Shown here: positions 47,183 to 59,765 of the stretch, piece after piece | Numbering within the stretch: the first letter of the stretch is position 1 | Layout: each line of letters opens with the position of its first letter | The notes under the pieces: model-generated | Databases searched by the model: none | The model's input: only the letters and a program-made list of their open reading frames with translations | What the model was told of the DNA's origin: nothing | Program-made: the position numbers and the translations under genes | DNA from: Symsagittifera roscoffensis | Taxonomy: Eukaryota | Length of the DNA: 64,000 bases | Direction: 5' to 3' | Assembly (NCBI RefSeq): GCF_963678635.1 | Contig: NC_087064.1 | Span: forward strand, 32,681,028-32,745,027

Positions 47183-50100
47183 AAACTAGTAGACAAACTA
47201 GAACAAGCTGAAATCACAAGGAAACTGGAAGAAACAGAAAACATAACATCCAAATAGGTACTTCACAAATGAATAATATACAAGATTCCGACACGGAACT
47301 AGCTGAAAAAATTACTCAGATATTGAATATCTATGAGAAAAATCCAAATTTTAACGGTAAACCAGCATTCAAATAATAGTGCAAGTATTGCCGTAAATAC
47401 GGACATAGAATTGCTGAATGTAGACAAAAACAGCAAGTTAATCAGAATAAACCACAAAAATATAGAGAACCAAATAAATCTTGCTATCAATACATGAAAA
47501 AAGATTAAAACCTACCAAACAAAATATTCAGTATTAATAGTTCAGAAAAACCACTCCCAGACAATAATAATAATAGACAACAATCATCTTACCGTAACAA
47601 CTATTGCGGAAGATCTCCAGATCGAAGAAATTCTCAAAGTTTCCCACAAACTAGATACAGCAGATCAAATAGTCAAAATAACCAATATCGAAATAATTAC
47701 TCAAGATAAACTCAAACAGAAGTAATTATTTAAACTACAACAGAAATAATTCCAATTCAAACTCTCGTAACAGATAATATTCCAACGATCAATCTAGAAA
47801 TTCTTCATATAATCGAAACAGGAATTACTCAAATAACAGAAACAAACAATAATCAGACAATAGACCACGAAATTACTCAAACAACAGATCAAACTATAAC
47901 AACAATTACAACAGTTCGCTAGATAATTCTAGAATCTGAAACTATAATTATCCAAATAGACGAAGAAACTATTCTCAGTCACCGCAAAGAAATCATACAA
48001 ACTATCAATATTCACAACAAAATTGTAGAAGCAGTACACCTAAACACCAAAGACAAATAAATCAGATACAATCAACTGAACAAACTCAATCAGACCCGGT
48101 ATTGATAACACAAAGTTCAGAATTACAATTAAATCACATAAATTGCGAATCCACAGATGACGAAAGCGAAACAGAAAACACATTTTCAATGAACATGCTT
48201 CACATTGAAGAATACGTAACACCAATCGAATCGAATTAATATCACAATCACGAAAATTTTAATAATCTTGATGAACAAAACACCACACAAAATATGATAG
48301 ATTATACTAAACAAGAACTCGAAGGAAGTTCAAGTACGAATAACATATACCAAATTATAACAAATAAAGTAGAACCAGCTAAAAAAAAATTTGGACACTT
48401 TCATTACAAAAATTTTATTAGAAAGTCCAAAAAACAAAAATTTTCAGTCACCAGACCTTGAAATTGATTTTTTAAAAGACTCAGGAGCAGAATCAAACAT
48501 TATAAATATTCCCACTTGGAATGATTATAAACATCCCCACGCTCTCCCATAATTAATAACTCGACGTTATTGCTGAGACATGTGTCAAATTTGAGTTCGA
48601 CCGAAATAGTGCAATTGGTCAATTCAGGATGAATGAAATCGCGTGAAGCCTCCTATACGTGAGATCAAAAGCCATAATAAAATGATTATCATAATTAGCG
48701 AGACTGATTCCATGACTAGTTTTCAAAACGAAATCAAGAGGCTCAAGCGTATTGTAATAAATTCTTTTATTGTCTGATTTTGAGTTGGGAGTTCCGACAA
48801 GGTGTAGGCCGTTTCTGTATACAATGATCTCATTCAACCCAAACTTCTGGTAATGAACAGTGTTTGTCCTATTAGTACCCAAATATGCTTCTTTTATGCT
48901 CATTGCTACTATCATTATTCGAACAGGTTCTTTTGCGAAAACATCCTCCTCTTGTCGCAAGCTTTGTACTCCTGCAGTTGCGAGAAAAGTTTTTGGTTTT
49001 TTGGTACTACTTCGATGTAATTGTAAATTGCCGGGTTCTTCAACAGAGTTTTTTCTATTGACGAGAGAACATAATCAGTCACATTCATTTTTCAGACAGA
49101 GATTAGCTTCGATTATTTGAACCTTGGAGTGTTTAGCTGCATCTTCAGACATGACAACAAAATCGTTAGGAGAACGTCTAAGAGACAATCTAATTGTCAC
49201 ACCGCTAAGTAGGTGCTTCTCACACTACAAGAAGTCGCAAGCAATTTTACCAAATAGCTTCAGCTCGTTCGAGGCCGCAACGAGACCTTTACGCTCCGTA
49301 ACATCCTCAGCTCTCCTCCCATTACCGTCAATAGCTGATAGGTTTTCTTCTTAATAATAACCTTGACAAGCCAACCATGTTTCTTGGCATCATTACAGTA
49401 TGAAAACTCGGTCTCAATAAAGCTTTTATGGGCGAAATTAGCGTTAGTAATTGATATTTTCTCACCTTTCAGAGACAGTGTTTACTCAGAAAATAATGAA
49501 GATAAATGATTGTTAACAAAATACGGCATATCTCTGTTTGGCGCCTCTGTAGCATGTGTTCGAAGCACGTTTCCATTGCTTCGAACAATTCGTGCAACTT
49601 TTTCCAAACGAGTACGTTGAAGATCGATGAAAATATTTCTGTCGCCGAGTACTTCAAACTCGAGCATAGGAACATCAGGAGAGTAGGAAGGTCCAATTTT
49701 TTGGGTGAATGCATTTTCAAAAGTGACAACTAAAGGCGGTTTTTCAAATAAGTTCAACGAGCTGTGAGTTGCTTCACTCGGGATTAAATAAGAAATCATT
49801 TTTAACCCTTGTAAAGAAATCGGAGCGACTTCTCTGGGCAGTTCGTTTTCTGGGAATGACGCGTCTCGTTTTTCATTTCACCACCGTTGTTTTTTTTTCG
49901 AATGACTTTTTCGACATCTACATCCTCCTCCTGCTTGCTTTTTTATTGTTTTTCTAAAGGTGCTCTTGAGTGCCTGCTTCGAGCTTTTTCTTTTTATGAA
50001 AACTATCAGTTCTGGAGCTGCCTGAAGAAGTAGTTCTTTCCGATCTTTTTTGCTGCTGGTATCACAAACTTTCGAGCCAATGGAAGTGCCACTCTTCCTA

Positions 50101-51346
50101 TTCCCAGGGCTAATGCGCCGAAGCCACTGCCTCGTTGTCTATAATGCCCCGAGAAATGTTGTAGGTTTGCTTGGTTGTGGTAATATGAATCCATATTGAT
50201 CAATTGCTTAACTTTTGAATTTCAAAGTCAGAACAACTTTTCCACCTCCAGCGAAAGGAACAAGTCCTCCAGTTTCTGTGCGCAAGTTCACAGAAATATT
50301 GTTTTTGATCAAAAATTTTTCAAAATCCAATTTACTAAACATTTACGATGATTCGGTCGGTTCAATTGTACATGCGTAACCGTTCTTCACTCGACGATTT
50401 GTACCAATGACTCGTAAAAGGGGTGCTTTTGTGTCTCCTACTATTTGATAATGAATTATGTCCGGGTAAATAAACATAAGCTGAGTACCAGCACATACAT
50501 CAACGGGATTGTCAGCAACAAGATCTTGGGTAGTGAATGTGTTATGTTTAGAGCTTCTTGTTTGTAACCTATAGGATAACCAGTTCCATCTATGACGCCC
50601 TTGAATTCAAGTAGACTAAGAATTTGCAGGCTTGAAAAAGTTATACCATCCCAATAATGCAGCCATAATGAAAGATGTTTGGTTATTGGATCTATTGCAT
50701 AATCCAGTTTCTCTAATTCTGTCTTTCGACGAATCTCATCTAGTATTTGTTCAATGCTCGTATACTCTCATTTTGTTAGTTTCGCTTTTTCTCCAAGGTA
50801 AGGCCTGGAGATTTTGTCTTTCTCAACTTTCATGCTTGCAATAACCAGATCTTTTTTGTAGTACCCAATGTTGTTGTCAGTTACGTTGTTTATCTGAGTG
50901 CTGAAGGTAATTTCTGTAACTGCTACTTTACCTTCACCTTGCAAATTTATTTCTTCACTCAGGAGATTTTTGAAGTTGGCCAGAGATCTTTAAAAACCTT
51001 CTTTGATGCAGATGAAACTAGGGTAATTGTGAAGGAAGGGGAACGTTATGGGTGTAAAGGCTGGAAATGCCCTCAGTCATGATTGCTTACGATTTCTCCT
51101 TCTCCAGAACGCGGATTAGTTCAGACTAGTGAAATTTCCACTCAATCGGTTCTCTGTTAGAATCAATCAAATTGTATGTTGGGGGATTTCGTGTTGGTAT
51201 GTCAAATACTTCAACTTTTTCATCGGTGAACGATTGTTTGTAACCCTTGCGAAAAGGTATGTCTACTTTGGCGAGTCTAACATAATAACCAACATAAAGC
51301 TTTGGACGTCGAACTTATTTCAACGACTGTTCTGCTCTTAAAGAAA

Positions 51347-51913
51347 TCAAGCGAGGACTATCTTTTTTAGTTTATTTGTTTGGTGCAAGATTTGTGACAC
51401 GATTTGTTCTCGAATTAATTGCCTTGACAAAATCTTGCAATTTGTCAATGTATGAGAATCCTCCAAGTACTTATAAATAAGATTTTTCAAGGAACGGATA
51501 TTTCTCTTAGCGAATGCAGACTTTTTATCGCTCTCTGTGCTATATGTTTTTATGCCCTTCTTTTTAGATAATGCTTCGAAGGATCCTTTAAACTCTGTGC
51601 CGTTGTCCACCCATACTTTTTTTAGTTTGTTTTGTCGTTATCATTAGTTTGAACGCTTCTGCTGTTGTAGTAGCATATTTTGATTTCAAGGGTTGCACTC
51701 ATAGGCCAGATCTATTGACCAGATTTCGTCGATATCGTAAACTATGACCTTGAGTCGCGGCATTTTTCGGATGAATGTTCGATATTTCGTGTAAGCAGCT
51801 TCAGTATGAAGGAAATGTTCAACTTTCTTTCGCGACAAATTGGTTGCTTTTATCAAGTTGCTCACACTACCAAATAACGCGCGACCTTTTTCACTGTATT
51901 TAGTTTTCAACAA
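51347..51913 (-). CDS. Retroviral-type (rve, DDE) integrase, split over two frames
   Basis: 51686..51913(-) gives ...RLKVIVYDIDEIWSIDLAYECNP (first catalytic D region). 51347..51610(-) begins MDNGTEFKGSFEALSKKKGIKTYSTESDKKSAFAKRNIRSLKNLIYKYLED (core D-N-G-x-E-F). Confidence 0.75.
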
Positions 51914-53046
51914 TTTTTCTTCATTTTTTTCGTCTTTTCTGACGTTGGAGAATCTGAATCGTTGTAGGGCGTTCCGTACGAGTCAGAGCCTTCTGACTCG
52001 TTTTCACGCTTTTGATTTCGGGTTTTTCTTTTGTCGCTAAGGCTTTTTCGTTTTTGTTTTTTACTTCTCTTAAGGTTTGCACTACTTCTTTCCTGCTAAG
52101 CGGGATGTTGGGCGTGTTCTTGAGGGTCCGGGTTCTCGTTTTTCTTGAGCGTTGAAAAACGCTGTCTGAACCGCGTGTTTGGCATTTCGATTAAATACCA
52201 GCTTTTCATTCAAGTTGAGTGCAGTTAAAATGATAATGAACGCTGGATTGTGTAATTTTTTGTTGGTTGTTGTATGTCGTATAAAAATACTGTAGCTTCA
52301 AGTCCTGTTGGTTTTTTATCCGCATATATCACTTCATTGTTACGGTTTATGGTTACTCTTTCCGAATTTTTTATGATTTCAAGTATAGTTTTTGCTCTAA
52401 TAAATTTTTTGTCCTCTAAAACCTGTAACTGTCCCAAAATATTTTCGGTCTGCCTATCTTTTTTATTTTCTAATATTTCATCTTTATCACGTTCAACCGT
52501 TACTTCTCCATCGTCCGTTAACAGTTCAAGCTGTTCTTGTTGGAGCTCAGCAGCATTTTCTGCTAATGTTTCTTGGTTGCAGTAGTCTTTGTAGTTTGAG
52601 GAGGTATTTGGAGTCTAAGCGGGTTAAGGTAGGATATTTGAGCGTTTTAATGTTTATTACTATTATCGTGAAGAACACGTGCAGCATGTGGCTGCTCTTT
52701 AACATATAAGTGTTTCGGAATTAGAATGAATTCTTCAGCAGTCATAATTAAATTGAGAGGTACTTGTAACAAAAATAATGTTTTTGTAGCGCTAAATGGA
52801 AACCTTTTTCACTCAAAATAATCGCACGTTTTTTGACAACACTGGTTTTGGGAGTGATTAAATATTTGTACGCTATCTCGAATCGTTCAATATTTGCGTT
52901 TTAACGGGTACGTTTCCATTGACTACATTGAGCAAACATTAACAGTTAAGTGTTATGACCTCGCGATTGAAGTTTTTCCAATTAATTGTCTTAGTTGTTC
53001 AGGTGTCAGTTGTACCATATGCCGCAGAATAGATACGTTTTTCTTT

Positions 53047-53661
53047 TTAATTTGTGATTGGAGTAGTTTCTGCTTTAGATAAGGGTAAATAAAAAATTGT
53101 TGGCCCAGGCCGTGTGATATTTGAACAATATCTCAAACAATCTGATGTGCGGGGGTCCAAGTCGATTAGAAGATGTCCAAAAGAGTCTATGGTAGCTAAT
53201 TCGTAACAGCTTCTCAAAAGTTTTGATACATTCAATTGTCTTCCTAAAAGATCTAGTTGCTGAACGACACGAGGCGATTCGAACAGAATGATGTGTGAAG
53301 TGTTCAAATCAATCGTACGCGACCATCGACTTTGTTGAAACAAGTTATGCTTAACATATATTACATTTAACCCTCTATGTCTACCCGCTGTCGCTAATCT
53401 AACAAATTCCTTGACATTATAGATGTCTTCACATGAATCATCGAAAACTAGAAGAACAGTTTCTAAGTTTCTTAAAGATCCGAATCCGTTGAATTTCATG
53501 AACTTCTCTTTTACTTCGCGAGAAGACACTTTTTCTGAGATTGCAGGTTGCATCTCTTTGTAAAGATATAGAACGGTTCCAAGTTTAGAGTAAAAAGTAT
53601 TTCCCATCAAAAGTTTGAAATCAGTTTGTTCATATCCTCGGATTTGGTAATACGTAACCAA
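53047..53661 (-). CDS. P-loop ATPase-like ORF (Walker-B-like VLLVFDD; possible FtsK/A32-type packaging ATPase)
   Basis: The 204-aa ORF has ...ETVLLVFDDSCEDIYNVKEFVRLATAGRHRGLNVIYVKHNLFQQ (hhhhDD then a polar/Arg-rich sensor region). Only the degenerate GNTFYSKLGT lies upstream as Walker A. The assignment is tentative. Confidence 0.3.
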   Translation of the reverse strand: MVTYYQIRGYEQTDFKLLMGNTFYSKLGTVLYLYKEMQPAISEKVSSREVKEKFMKFNGFGSLRNLETVLLVFDDSCEDIYNVKEFVRLATAGRHRGLNVIYVKHNLFQQSRWSRTIDLNTSHIILFESPRVVQQLDLLGRQLNVSKLLRSCYELATIDSFGHLLIDLDPRTSDCLRYCSNITRPGPTIFYLPLSKAETTPITN

Positions 53662-56229
53662 CCAAGCCGGATAAAATCGAAAACCAAACTGAAGTTTCTT
53701 CGCAATTTCGTGACAGAAAGTTTGAGAATGCAGAAAGTTAGTAAAATTAGAATTACTACCATTTGCGCAACAAAAACTACTTCAGACCTTGGCAAAGTTA
53801 CATTGTTACAAAATTTTTATGATTTTTTTTTCACCGTTTGTCTCGTTATAAAGAAACTATGTTACTAATGTCGCGTCAGGTTCATCTACTGCTGCTGCTG
53901 TTTCTGTTACTTGAGATCTGGTTTATTCTACAGACTGTGTTAGACTTTTTCTCACTGTAAATGAAGCTTGCAAAAAAAAACAATAAACTGAATTAGTATT
54001 ATGAACAGTACAAATTTTCATAACGTGTGAAGTCTCTATCATTTTTGTCATGCATTTCTAGAACATAGTTTGCTGGGACATTTGCAGTTTTTTCATAGTA
54101 CATTGTTTTCTTCATAGTATCCTCTTTCACTATCCTCGTAATCTCATCTGGCAATTCACTGCTGTTTAGATCCATCTGAACTCCTGGCTGACGCTTAGGT
54201 ACTAAGACTAGCTCGGGAAGATATACTCCTCGCTTGCTGGCTAACATTTCTGATAAATTTGAATCTCTGGAAGTATACAAATTGATCAATAACAGGAAAA
54301 AATCTCTTTAATGTAGACAACTCTTCTTCGGAAATTATTATTTGCTTTTTCCTCTGAACAGTTTAGCCGCTGCAATCAATACGCTCTATTCTTGTTAACG
54401 AAATTTCATTATCATCCTCTGGAGTCATCCACGCACAAAGCATTGAATTTGGTGGTAGGTATTTCTGAACTTTCGCTGATCTCTCGCTGTTGTTCATTTC
54501 TCAACCAATCATGAAAAACCTTGCTTTTCTTCAGGGCACAATGATTCCTGGAGTTTTAATGAGGTATATGTCTATTGAAAGTTGGATAATTATTGGAAAA
54601 TAAGTTTTCAACCCTAGGACAGCCCAAATCATCTAGGTTTTCAACCTTTCGGTCCAAGTACTTGGCCAAAAATTCTGTCTTTTCTTTTCCTTTAGCGTAA
54701 AAAACGGCACCTGGATTTCTCAACACAAAGCTCTGAAGTAGTTGATTCAAGTTTATGTAAAGGTTATCACCGTTTTCCAAATGGAGATCGTGTAAACATT
54801 TTGTTAACCAGTTGTAAGCTTTTGTGTTCGAGCTTCGGTAATATATTGAAGTTCACTGGAGGTAAAAAAATGAGTCGGTCGCTGTAGTCTGAAGTTGTTA
54901 TTGCTAATTCTTTAACCTCAAAGGCGTTTTTCTTGTAACGAAAGCCTTCCGCGTCAAGCACAACTGATCTCTCGCTTAGCATTTTAGTAAATGATAAACT
55001 TCTGGTTTTTTCAACTTAACGAAAAGGCAGAACGCTATTCCACTCCAATGTCCTAATAAGCTGTTGTTACAGTTCCAGGGCAACATGTAACCGTACGTGG
55101 GAGCCTGTTGGTAAAACTTGTGTATAAATCCGACTGCATCACGCAAAACAGCTTGCAATCGTTAAATTTTGGAGTTTTTCAAGTATTTGTCCAAGGAAGA
55201 GTTATCAATACCAATCAAGCCACCATAAGGTCTCAACTTAATTAAAGTGTCTGGGTTAAGATTATCAGAACAAACAAAAATTTGAGAACATGCAGCTAGA
55301 AATTAGTTTTGTCGGTTAGAATTATCAGGATAAGTTTGTTTCAAAGACGTATAAATTTCGTGACTTGTTTTCAAATCAATAGGAGTTACTCTGCTGTTTT
55401 GCAATTTCATTGTTTATTTTTTCCAACACCTCTCCAATTTGCTGAACTTCAAGCCAATGGAAATAAACGTCACCTTGCAGATACCATTTATACTCATTAA
55501 GATATGGTGGTATATAATTAAATAAATCACCGGAAGTTTTTTGTATTTTGATTGCTTGTTGAAACATAAACCGATTTTTTTCTCCAAGTCTTTATCAACC
55601 CATATTTAGTTAAAATCAAACGAATAGTCGAATACTTTTTCATAATCAACTATATTCAAATCGCTCACAGTAGCATGCTTTTGCTTTGTAGAAATGCACC
55701 AAGAGATTTGTTGAAGCTCACTCAAAAAAAATTGTTCTTTGAAAATTAACTCGTATTCTTTCTTGAAATTTCCCTTGCCCTTTCGAAAAACACGACGTAT
55801 CGTTCATTACCGAATTTGAAAAATGCTTTTTTTCTGTGGTTGAAAATACTCTTAATTGTAATTGTTCATTATCAATATCTTCAGTACACCAAGTTCCCTC
55901 TAGCTTCATTTTTCTTATTTCAAAATTTGACAAATTTATCATTTGGTATATTTTGCCCAGAAACGACCGCTGCCTTTGGAGAGTAATTTCAATTTACTGC
56001 CTTTTCACCATAAAATATAGGTCAAGTTGAGGATTTAGCCTACTGCTGCCAACAGTTAGGCTACGCTGCCAAAATCGCCGGCGAATTTTTATTATATACC
56101 ATAAAAGTCAATTCTCCGTTCACTAACAAATTTAACTAGGTCGAAAGTTCACTAACCCGAAACAAATATAACAATTAATATGATTCATATAATTAACCAA
56201 GACCAATAATTAGGACCCCAAAAATTGGA

Positions 56230-56445
56230 ATTAGAAAGAATTTTGTATCGTGTCCCTTGTTGCTAAGCTAAGCTTAGCAAGATCCTAAGTAGGGGGTCTT
56301 CTGCTTTTTGGATGGAAATTTTCTTTCGTTAACAAAATCCTAGGATGATGGTCCTCCAAAAAATTAAGGACCCCTTTGCTAGGATTTTGCTTTGCGTGAG
56401 GACCCCCCCCCCCCTTAGGATCCGGGACACAATACAATACTACTT
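56230..56445. repeat. Inverted-repeat/palindrome-rich block (possible element terminus)
   Basis: TTTGTATCGTGTCCC (56245) pairs with GGGACACAATACAA (56425). Palindrome TTGCTAAGCTAAGCTTAGCAA at ~56262. C10 tract at ~56402. Confidence 0.4.
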
Positions 56446-56704
56446 AAATTGTTGAAGCTAGATTTTGACGCCTTCATAGAGGGTAGCTGAGAATATTTGG
56501 TCTCGTCGATGTTGAAATTTTATTCAAATTCAAAGTACATTTTATCCGTAATCATCCTTGAACACAGGAATTGAAAAGAGTAAAAAAGCTAAATTCGCAC
56601 TTAATGTTGTCCACTTATGTAGATTTCTGATTTTCGAGCAAAATAAAGAATTTATTTATTGATCCAGTTTTCTCGAATTGGGTATTTTATCAAAAAATAT
56701 TACC

Positions 56705-56950
56705 ATTTGTTGTTCTAGAAATTCAAAGAGCCTTAAGGCCATCTGCTTTTTTCCGAAATTCGAAATTTGAGATTTTTTCAAAAAGTAAGTCAATATTCTT
56801 TCTGTTCATTCTCTTTTCCAACTGTCTGTTGGCTATCTTTCTTCGAATTTTAAAAGTTGAATTTTTTCCGAAAAAAAACAAGTCCGTTTTTTTTTTCTGT
56901 TTTTTAAGTTCAGTGTCTCTTTTCCAACTGTCTGTTGGCTATCTTTCGTA
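56705..56950. repeat. Dispersed ~150-bp repeat family (further copies at 62215-62360, 62575-62745, 63195-63345)
   Basis: Shared ...AATTCAAAGAGCCTTAAGGCCATCT..TTTTT...GAAA..TGAGATTTTTT...CTCTTTTCCAACTGT.TGTTGGCTAT.TT. Confidence 0.6.
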
Positions 56951-57141
56951 ATTTTTCTTCTTTCTGAAATTTACCAAAGAGTTAGTGCAGCGAAAATGCT
57001 CAGCTAAATAATATCTTGCTCAGCCTTTAGAATCTTAAGTTAACGTAGAATCATCAGCATCTCCTGAATTCAAAAGTTAGCTTCGATTCTGATCAACAGA
57101 GCCGCCCTTTTAATTAGATGACAATCATTGTCTGATTTTAG

Positions 57142-57282
57142 GTGGAGACCCGACTGCTTATAACGAGGAAGTGGCTCCTGCAGTAGTGATGGACTGCGGC
57201 TCACTCTATGTCAAGGCAGGTCTCAGCATAGACGAAAGCCCTCTCCAGTTCAAGTCCTTAGTGGGAAGACCCCGTCACCAAG
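57142..57282 (+). CDS. Actin-like (actin/ARP family) coding exon 1 of a fragment
   Basis: Acceptor TGATTTTAG|GT. ..GDPTAYNEEVAPAVVMDCGSLYVKAGLSIDESPLQFKSLVGRPRHQ matches actin [41 protein letters not shown]. Donor CAAG|GTTAGT is phase 1. Confidence 0.5.
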
Positions 57283-58289
57283 GTTAGTGAAATTCATCAA
57301 TTTGATCGATGATTGTTAAATTAAAATAGCATTCAAGTTGGTAGCAAGTAAAAGTTGGGTATTTTGCTTAGGCGTTACCTGTTCCCTTTATATTACCTGG
57401 CCTCGCTTTGAAGCTAACCCTCTGTTCAGACAAATCAAATAAATCACCGCCATAAATAATTTGAATTGTTTATGGTAAGAAAGCGCTTTTTAAGCAAAAA
57501 TAATAACGCCCAAAATAATTCGCACAACCAAAAAATGACCCAAATCTTCCAACAATCGATTTTTTGCAAAAATTTCATTATTTGTATACAAAAAAAAACC
57601 AAAGAGAACGGTGAAAAAAATTGTAGAAAATATGGGTTCTTATGGTCTCTTCTGTTGATCGATTTATTTATCAGCCATATGAGTGTTTTGTTATTGTCTG
57701 CCTGTCGAGTTTGTGCTTCTTACAACCTCCGCTGTCGAATCTGTGCGACTTTCATGAATTTGGTCGACCTTGGTATATGTTTAAACAAGCCGAGCATAAT
57801 ATCATTAGGAACTCCAATTTTTTGCAACCCAAGTCGAATGAAAATGCTCATTTATTTTGTGCTTCATGAGCATTATATCTTTTTGTTGGCGTGTGTTTGA
57901 TGCTTATTGAGAGGCCATGGCATTGATGCTAGTACGTGAAATTCTCAATATCGAGGTCAGGAGTTCATAACATATCAGTGTGCTTAAAATTATTACCTTT
58001 TCTTTTGTTCTTTCATTTTTTAACTTCTTTTAGGACTGTTTTTTTTGCCGTTTTCTCGCTTGTTTGGCAGGAGCAGCTTCGCCTCTGTGTTATAACATAA
58101 AATGTATAAAAAACAAGGTCGACAAGATTTTTGAAATGTGTGCAGGGTCGACAGCGGACCTTGTTCGAATCACCAGATATTGTTTGACTAATACGGCTGA
58201 TACATAAGTCACTACCTCAAGCTGGGTGGCGTAGAAAATAAATTCTATTCTAATCTCAGTCTATCGCCGTTAAATCATAGCTCTTTTAG

Positions 58290-58429
58290 GTGTAATGGTG
58301 GGAATGGGTCAGAAAGACTGCTATGTCGGCAGCCGAGCCGAGAGAGTCAAATTTTCTGCACCAGAAGATGACACAGAAAAAGCTGTTCTGCCAAAGCAAA
58401 AAAAAAAGCTGTTAGTGGTAATAATTTAA
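58290..58429 (+). CDS. Actin-like coding exon 2 (GVMVGMGQKDCYVGS then divergent)
   Basis: Acceptor CTCTTTTAG|G. Phase-1 entry restores G, then VMVGMGQKDCYVGS (actin GVMVGMGQKDSYVGD). It continues RAERVKFSAPEDDTEKAVLPKQKKKLLVVII*, which is only weakly actin-like. Likely a pseudogene or a divergent ARP. Confidence 0.4.
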
Positions 58430-58484
58430 TTTTGAACGTCGTGTCAATGATCTCGGTTGAATTTAACTTGCGCCGTAACTATAC

Positions 58485-58830
58485 AGTGCTGGTTTAAATT
58501 ACCCGGACAAAACGCAGTGAGCTTGAAATTTAAAACACGTTTTCTCAAATTGGGCTGATTTTAGGTGAAAAATGATGAAAACCAATGTTGCTTAAAATTT
58601 CACCAGAGTTAATATGGTTCAATTTGTTTTTGGGAAATTCGGACCCAAAATTTTACCCAAAAATGAATATTTTGTGGGTTTTTTAGTCAATAAAAAACTA
58701 CGCCATAACTACTTAGTCGATGATTGACATAATTGTGTCTAGGTGAGTCTCTTACATAGCCCAAGAATCTCTAAAAAAATCTCCAAAAAATGCGCAAAAC
58801 ATTTTAATGCGGTTAATTTAAATCAGCACT
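58485..58830. mobile_element. MITE, same family as the 20575-21257 foldback (single arm plus short TIR)
   Basis: Left end CAGTGCTGGTTTAAATTACCCGGACAAAACGC. The internal sequence is collinear with the left arm of the 20575 element. Right TIR GCGGTTAATTTAAATCAGCACT. Confidence 0.7.
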
Positions 58831-59579
58831 TTATTCATGGTGCAAGCAGATTGCATGGCTTACTATTCAATTTTAGTGATTGTTAATCAGGAGGTATGTG
58901 GTACATAGCCCGTGGTTTGACTTTTTCTTTCAAGGCCTATTTGATCTTTTCAAGGCCAAATTCTAGGCCCATTTTTGTATTTGTTTTAGAGTTTTTTTTT
59001 GCATTTAAAGAGCTCTTTTTTGTCGCTTGTGCTTGCGATGTGGGTTTTGCAAAAAGCTTGAAAGTTTACGGCAAAACTACATGTCAATTACTGACAAAAT
59101 TATGTCAAAGTTTTTATTAAAAAATAATTTTGCGCAATACCTTGGAGAGTAATTGGATTGTCAGTTTTGGCTTGGTACTTGACTACAATAATTGACTCGG
59201 TAGTTTTGTAATAATTTTTGTTTGAGAAAAAAGCCAACAGTGAGCCGTTTTTGGGTAGAATTTTTGTTAACTAAAGTGCAGCGTTTTAAAGTGCCCCAGT
59301 TTTGTTTACTAAATTGCACCGTATTAAGTCTGCTAATTTTCCAAGCAAAATTTTTCCCATCATTTTTCCGTTAAAGTTAACCCAAATTGAGAAAAAGAGC
59401 GTTTTTACGCTGGCGAGCAGCTTGTGTTTTAGTATGAAATTTCCTTTTTTTCTAATTCAACTCGCTAATAAAAATGTTCACTTGTGTGCCTTTTGCTATA
59501 ATCACGATTTGTTGCATTGGAAACTTCATAGCATCTCTTCTCGACTTTGTTTGTGGCTAGTATTTGTGATGGACTGAGC

Positions 59580-59765
59580 GTCCTTGACTGAGTGGCTAGT
59601 GCGTGAGTTTCATAATTTGTAGCTCGTAGGTTCCAATCCGAGACGTTGCCGAATTTTACTAATTTGAGGCTTAATTTTACTTTCTCTTCTAGAGCGGCTT
59701 TTTGTCGTGTTCTCGCTAGTGTTTGCGAAGCGCAGTTTCGCCTGTTTAAATTTCAATTTCTGAGC
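59580..59765 (+). mobile_element. tRNA-derived SINE copy (same family as 10775-10975)
   Basis: Head ..GAGTGGCTAGTGCGTGAG...GTAGGTTCCAATCC. Body ...CTAATTTGAGGCTTAATTTTAC... Tail TTGCGAAGCGCAGTTTCGCCTGTTTAAA. Confidence 0.6.

Larger units (their letters stand above)
42690..48545 (+). mobile_element. LTR retrotransposon fragment (5' LTR, Gag with CCHC knuckle, start of aspartic protease), truncated at ~48545
   Basis: The coding strand is A-rich. Gag ORF 46313..47182. CKYCRKYGHRIAEC (CX2CX4HX4C) at ~47383-47424. Protease active-site FLKDSGAESNII at ~48470-48510. There is no RT/RH/IN downstream on the plus strand. Confidence 0.75.
48546..56010 (-). mobile_element. Minus-strand integrase- and ATPase-encoding element (degenerate; Polinton/Maverick-like?) abutting or inserted into the LTR-retrotransposon protease
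   Basis: rve-type integrase ORFs lie at 51347..51913(-). A P-loop-ATPase-like ORF lies at 53047..53661(-). Additional frameshifted ORFs are at 53999-55942(-) and 48619-50203(-). This mix is not an LTR-retrotransposon gene order. Confidence 0.4.
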
